Sequence record: DRR723986_597
DNA: 62,234 nt
Direction: 5' to 3' (one strand)
The notes below the pieces were generated by a model. The model was given only the letters and a program-made list of their open reading frames with translations. It did not search any database and had not been told where the DNA came from. The translations under genes and the position numbers were made by a program. The first letter of the stretch is position 1. Each line of letters begins with the position of its first letter. Positions 58,713 through 62,234 of this stretch are shown here, in pieces.

Positions 58713-59813
58713 ATGGAATCGGACTACGCCATCATTGGTGGAGGCGTCGTGGGCCTTTCCGTTGCCTGGGGTCTGCTCCAGCGCGGCAGGTCGGTCACCG
58801 TTCTTGACGGTGACGACGGCAGTTTCCGCGCCAGCCGGGGCAACTTTGGCCTCGTCTGGGTGCAATCCAAGGGCATGAAACAGCCTGCCTATGCCCGCTG
58901 GTCGCAGCGCTCCGCCGCCGCGTGGGCAGATTTCGCAGCCAGCTTGCGCGAAGCCACCGGCTTCGACGCGGCGCTGGAGCAGAAGGGCGGCTACGATCTC
59001 CATTTCTCGGACGAGACACTAGCCGAGACAGTTGCCCAGTATGAAATTCTGAAGGCAAAGCTTGGCGGTGATTATCCTTATGAAATCCTGGGCCACAACG
59101 AACTGCGCCGGGAAGAGCCGGAAGTCGGCCCGAAGGTCGCCGGGGCCATTCTTCATCATCAGGACGGCCACGCCAATCCGTTGAAGTTGCTGCGAGGCCT
59201 TGCTGCCGGTGTACGCGGCAAGGGCGGAACCGTGCTGAACGGCAAGACGGTCGACACGGTCACGCGTGACAGCTCTTTCAGGATCTGCTGCAGCGACGGC
59301 ACCGTGGTCGAAGCAAACAAGCTGGTGCTGGCTGCCGGTCTCGGTTCGGCTGCACTCGGCCCGAAACTCGGCTTCAAGGCGCCTATCCGGCCGCAGCGTG
59401 GCCAGGTTCTGATTACGGAAAAACTGCCCAGAATCCTCAACCGGCCGTCCCTGATCGCACGCCAGGTCGATGAAGGTGGCATACAGATCGGCGCGACCAA
59501 CGAAGAAGTCGGCTTCAACGACAAGGTCACCGCCAAGGGGCTTGCCGGTCTCGCGGCCGAAGCGATCGCCGCCTATCCCATTCTGGCCAAGGCTCAACTG
59601 GTGCGCAGCTGGGGTGCCTTGCGCGTTCTCTCGCCTGACGGCCTACCGATTTATCAGGAAAGTCCGGAGATGCCGGGCGCGTTCCTCGTGACCTGTCATA
59701 GCGGCATCACGCTAGCCGCCGCCCATGCCTCTTTCCTGCCCGACTGGCTGGAAAAGACAAACACGGCGCCAGACCTGGAGGTGTTCAGTGAAGACCGCTT
59801 CGCCCTTTCGTGA
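58713..59813 (+). CDS. FAD-dependent DAO-family oxidoreductase (OoxB/HcnC-like)
   Basis: IIGGGVVG, ASRGNFGLVWVQ.KG, P.RGQ.L.TE, R.WGALR...PDG.PIY, HSGITLAA.H. Confidence 0.9.
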   Translation: MESDYAIIGGGVVGLSVAWGLLQRGRSVTVLDGDDGSFRASRGNFGLVWVQSKGMKQPAYARWSQRSAAAWADFAASLREATGFDAALEQKGGYDLHFSDETLAETVAQYEILKAKLGGDYPYEILGHNELRREEPEVGPKVAGAILHHQDGHANPLKLLRGLAAGVRGKGGTVLNGKTVDTVTRDSSFRICCSDGTVVEANKLVLAAGLGSAALGPKLGFKAPIRPQRGQVLITEKLPRILNRPSLIARQVDEGGIQIGATNEEVGFNDKVTAKGLAGLAAEAIAAYPILAKAQLVRSWGALRVLSPDGLPIYQESPEMPGAFLVTCHSGITLAAAHASFLPDWLEKTNTAPDLEVFSEDRFALS

Positions 59814-60093
59814 GCTGGAACAAAGTGCCGGGCGGGTCCGCGTTCGCTTCGCCGGCAAGGACCTGATGCTGCTCGACGGCGGTAATCTGGCAGCCGAACT
59901 TCTGGCTGCCGGTGTCCGTTCCTTCCGGCAGACGCCCGTTTCAGGCGCAGAGCGTGGGCCGTTCTGCATGATGGGCGCCTGTTTCGACTGCCTGGTTGAA
60001 ATAGACGGCGTTACCCGGCAGGCCTGCATGTGCGAGGTCAGCGCCGGCATGAATATTGGCATGCCGGGCACCGGAGGAGATGGTGATGCTTGA
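59788..60093 (+). CDS. (2Fe-2S) subunit (HcnA/opine oxidase small subunit-like)
   Basis: R.TPVSG..RGPFCMMG.C.DCLVEIDG....QAC; GGAGG SD before GTG 59788. Confidence 0.88.
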   Translation: MKTASPFRELEQSAGRVRVRFAGKDLMLLDGGNLAAELLAAGVRSFRQTPVSGAERGPFCMMGACFDCLVEIDGVTRQACMCEVSAGMNIGMPGTGGDGDA

Positions 60094-61489
60094 AGCTGAT
60101 CTCCTTGTCCTCGGCGCCGGTCCGGCGGGAATGGCGGCTGCCAGAACGGCGGCGGATGCTGGGCTTTCCGTTCTGCTTCTGGACGAGCAGACCCGGTCCG
60201 GCGGACAGATCTATCGCAGTGTCGGAAGCGTGCCGGAAGGCCGGGCGCAGATCCTTGGCAGCGATTACACCAAGGGAAAGGCTCTCACCGAGGAGCTGGA
60301 TCATCCGATGATCCGGCATCTGAGCGGCGCAACCGCGTGGCAAATCGTAAAAGGGCCACGCGTCTCCTTCACACGAGAGGGTGCTGCCTCCGCCGCGCAA
60401 TCCAAACGCCTGCTGATAGCCACTGGTGCGCTGGAGCGACCGATGCCAGTTCCGGGCTGGACCCTGCCGGGCGTGATGACCGCGGGTGCGGCGCAGATCC
60501 TGTTGAAGCAATCCGGCCTCATGTGCGAAAGGGCGGTTCTGGCCGGAAGCGGTCCCCTGCTTTATCTGGTTGCCGCCCAGATGTGCCGGGCAGGAACACC
60601 GCCCCTGGCTCTGGTGGAAACACAGACATTCGCCGACAGCCAGGCAGCGCTTCGGCATTTATCCGGAGCGCTGCGCGGCTGGCGACTGCTTGCCAAGGGG
60701 TTGGGTCTGCTTGCCGAAATCCGCAAAGCGGGCGTTTCCCGCTACACCAGCGCATCGGCAATTGCCATTGACGGCAAGGCGCAGGCCGAAACGATAAGCT
60801 TCACATCGGGAGGCAAACGGCACAGGCTGGAGTGTGCAACGGTGCTGCTGCATCATGGTGTGGTTCCCAACACCCAGGCTGCACGCTCCATCGATGTGCC
60901 GCATCACTGGAACGAAGTTCAGCAATGCTTCGTGCCGGAAAAGGATGGCTGGGGCCGCACGCAGCTTCCGGACGTATTCATTGCCGGTGATGGCGCGGGT
61001 ATTGGCGGTGCAACAGCTGCGCAACTTCAAGGCAGGCTGGCCGCTCTGGCAATCGCTTGCGATCTCGGCAAAACCACGCCGGCAGCTCGTGACCGGAACG
61101 CCGCCCCACTGGATCGGCAACTGGAAACCGAACTGGCCGCCCGGCCATTCATAGACAGGGCCTATCCGCCTTTCCGCGAAGCCTTGCTGCCTGCCGACGA
61201 CACCATCGTCTGCCGCTGCGAGGAAGTCACAGCAGGCGATATTCGCCGCTATGCCGGTCTGGGCTGCCTTGGACCCAACCAGACCAAAGCTTTCGGACGG
61301 CCTGGCATGGGCCCGTGCCAGGGCCGCTATTGCGGCCTGACGGTCACGAACCTTCTTGCGGACGAAAGTGGACGTTCACAGGACGACACCGGCTATTACC
61401 GCATCCGGCCACCCCTGAAACCGGTCACACTCGGTGAACTGGCGGCCATGACAGATCTAGAAACCGACGAACAGGAACCCGTCACATGA
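60086..61489 (+). CDS. FAD/NAD oxidoreductase with BFD-like 2Fe-2S domain (OoxA/HcnB-like)
   Basis: [48 protein letters not shown]. Confidence 0.9.
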   Translation: MLEADLLVLGAGPAGMAAARTAADAGLSVLLLDEQTRSGGQIYRSVGSVPEGRAQILGSDYTKGKALTEELDHPMIRHLSGATAWQIVKGPRVSFTREGAASAAQSKRLLIATGALERPMPVPGWTLPGVMTAGAAQILLKQSGLMCERAVLAGSGPLLYLVAAQMCRAGTPPLALVETQTFADSQAALRHLSGALRGWRLLAKGLGLLAEIRKAGVSRYTSASAIAIDGKAQAETISFTSGGKRHRLECATVLLHHGVVPNTQAARSIDVPHHWNEVQQCFVPEKDGWGRTQLPDVFIAGDGAGIGGATAAQLQGRLAALAIACDLGKTTPAARDRNAAPLDRQLETELAARPFIDRAYPPFREALLPADDTIVCRCEEVTAGDIRRYAGLGCLGPNQTKAFGRPGMGPCQGRYCGLTVTNLLADESGRSQDDTGYYRIRPPLKPVTLGELAAMTDLETDEQEPVT

Positions 61490-61827
61490 TAGAACGCATC
61501 GAAACCGGCCCCCGCATGAGCAAAATCGTCAAGCACAACGGCGTTGCCTATTTGTGCGGACAGGTGGGCGATGGCACGAGCGTCGCCGACCAGACCCGGG
61601 ATTGCCTGTCGCGCATCGACACTTTGCTGGAAAAGGCAGGGTCCTCACGCAAGAATATTCTGCAAGCCATCATCTGGCTGTCGGACATGAGCGACTTCGC
61701 CGACATGAACTCCGTCTGGGACGCCTGGGTGCCCGAAGGACATGCCCCTGCACGGGCCTGCGGCGAATCCAAACTTGCCCGGACGGAGTTGAAGGTCGAG
61801 ATCATTATCACCGCCGCCTGCGACTGA
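61486..61827 (+). CDS. RidA/Rid-family (YoaB-like) imine deaminase
   Basis: RMS..V.HNG..YL.GQV, MN.VWD.W...G..PARAC, VEI...AA. Confidence 0.92.
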   Translation: MIERIETGPRMSKIVKHNGVAYLCGQVGDGTSVADQTRDCLSRIDTLLEKAGSSRKNILQAIIWLSDMSDFADMNSVWDAWVPEGHAPARACGESKLARTELKVEIIITAACD

Positions 61828-61917
61828 TGGCGGTCTGACAGTCGTCGCTTGGCGTAACTTGAGTGCTTGCCAGCAAGACCTCAGACGCAAACATACGCCG
61901 GTGCTAATCCCTTTGAA

Positions 61918-62053
61918 GTCCCTCCGGGCGAGCAACGCGAGACCCGGGTCTGCTCATTTCCAGAATTCAGGCGTGGTTCTCAATGCAACCGCTTCAGCGA
62001 GCTGCCTCTGCGAGTGGGCCCCGGAACTGCGCTGCGCTTGTCCGAGGTGACGG
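61918..62053. repeat. Second REPIN-like family: two imperfect inverted arms around a spacer
   Basis: Left GTCCCTCCGGGCGAGCAACGCGAGACCCGGGTC; reverse complement of right arm CCGTCACCTCGGACAAGCGCAGCGCAGTTCCGGGGCCCA. Confidence 0.55.
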
Positions 62054-62182
62054 CCTTGGGGGCGGGGATTGAACGAAAACGACACTGCCGGCTATGGCAA
62101 ACTAAACGTCTGCGCGGTTGGCAAGGTATCCCAAAACCTGTCCGGCAACAGAGACGATCTTCCAGCCCCCAGCCCCCAGCCC

Positions 62183-62234
62183 CCTCATCCTGAGGAAGCG
62201 CGCTGCGCTGTCTCGAAGGATGGGCCGCTTGCTC
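62183..62234 (+). repeat. Arm of the REPIN-like family seen at 44906-45013 (runs off the window), preceded by (CCAGCCC)x3
   Basis: CCTCATCCTGAGGAAGCGCGCTGCGCTGTCTCGAAGGATGGGCCGCTTGC, nearly identical to the reverse complement of 44963-45013. Confidence 0.8.

Noticed and set aside
58713-61489. Calling the genes hcnABC (cyanide synthase)
   Set aside because: Same superfamily, but gene order and the importer/Rid context favour catabolism; symbols withheld
61867-62193. 108-aa ORF at the window end
   Set aside because: Made of repeat-element sequence; not protein-like

Overview
A GC-rich, gene-dense alphaproteobacterial chromosomal segment; gene content suggests Hyphomicrobiales, plausibly Roseibium/Labrenzia (inference). 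It has about 55 CDS and no rRNA, tRNA, CRISPR array, transposase or integrase. Content in order: thioesterase; an NsrR-type Rrf2 regulator facing a group III truncated-haemoglobin operon; a Crp-family regulator; a GT2-GtrA / ArnT-like GT / YdjC-fold surface-glycosylation cluster; hisS-hisZ-hisG; tag; cheZ; an L,D-transpeptidase; clcA; an interrupted glcDEF; cytochrome c2; MFS/TetR; DUF3422-FadR-lldD; tandem LysRs with DUF1127; gshA; rsmE; xseA; a sigma54/DctBD-controlled TRAP system; USP; a Pat acetyltransferase; puuD; and a LysR-TRAP-opine-oxidase-like-RidA catabolic operon. Best unannotated signals: (1) a candidate ~80-nt sRNA with C-rich anti-SD loops, placed behind a class II CRP box and divergent from the Crp gene; (2) an unannotated 34-aa membrane peptide plus a 73-aa membrane protein in the NsrR-controlled globin operon; (3) a YdjC/ChbG deacetylase that has lost its catalytic motifs; (4) a TRAP-fed opine-oxidase-like operon; (5) a possible 3'UTR sRNA after DUF1127; (6) dispersed palindromic repeats whose internal hairpins covary. 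All family calls come from motif recognition by eye; no searches were run.
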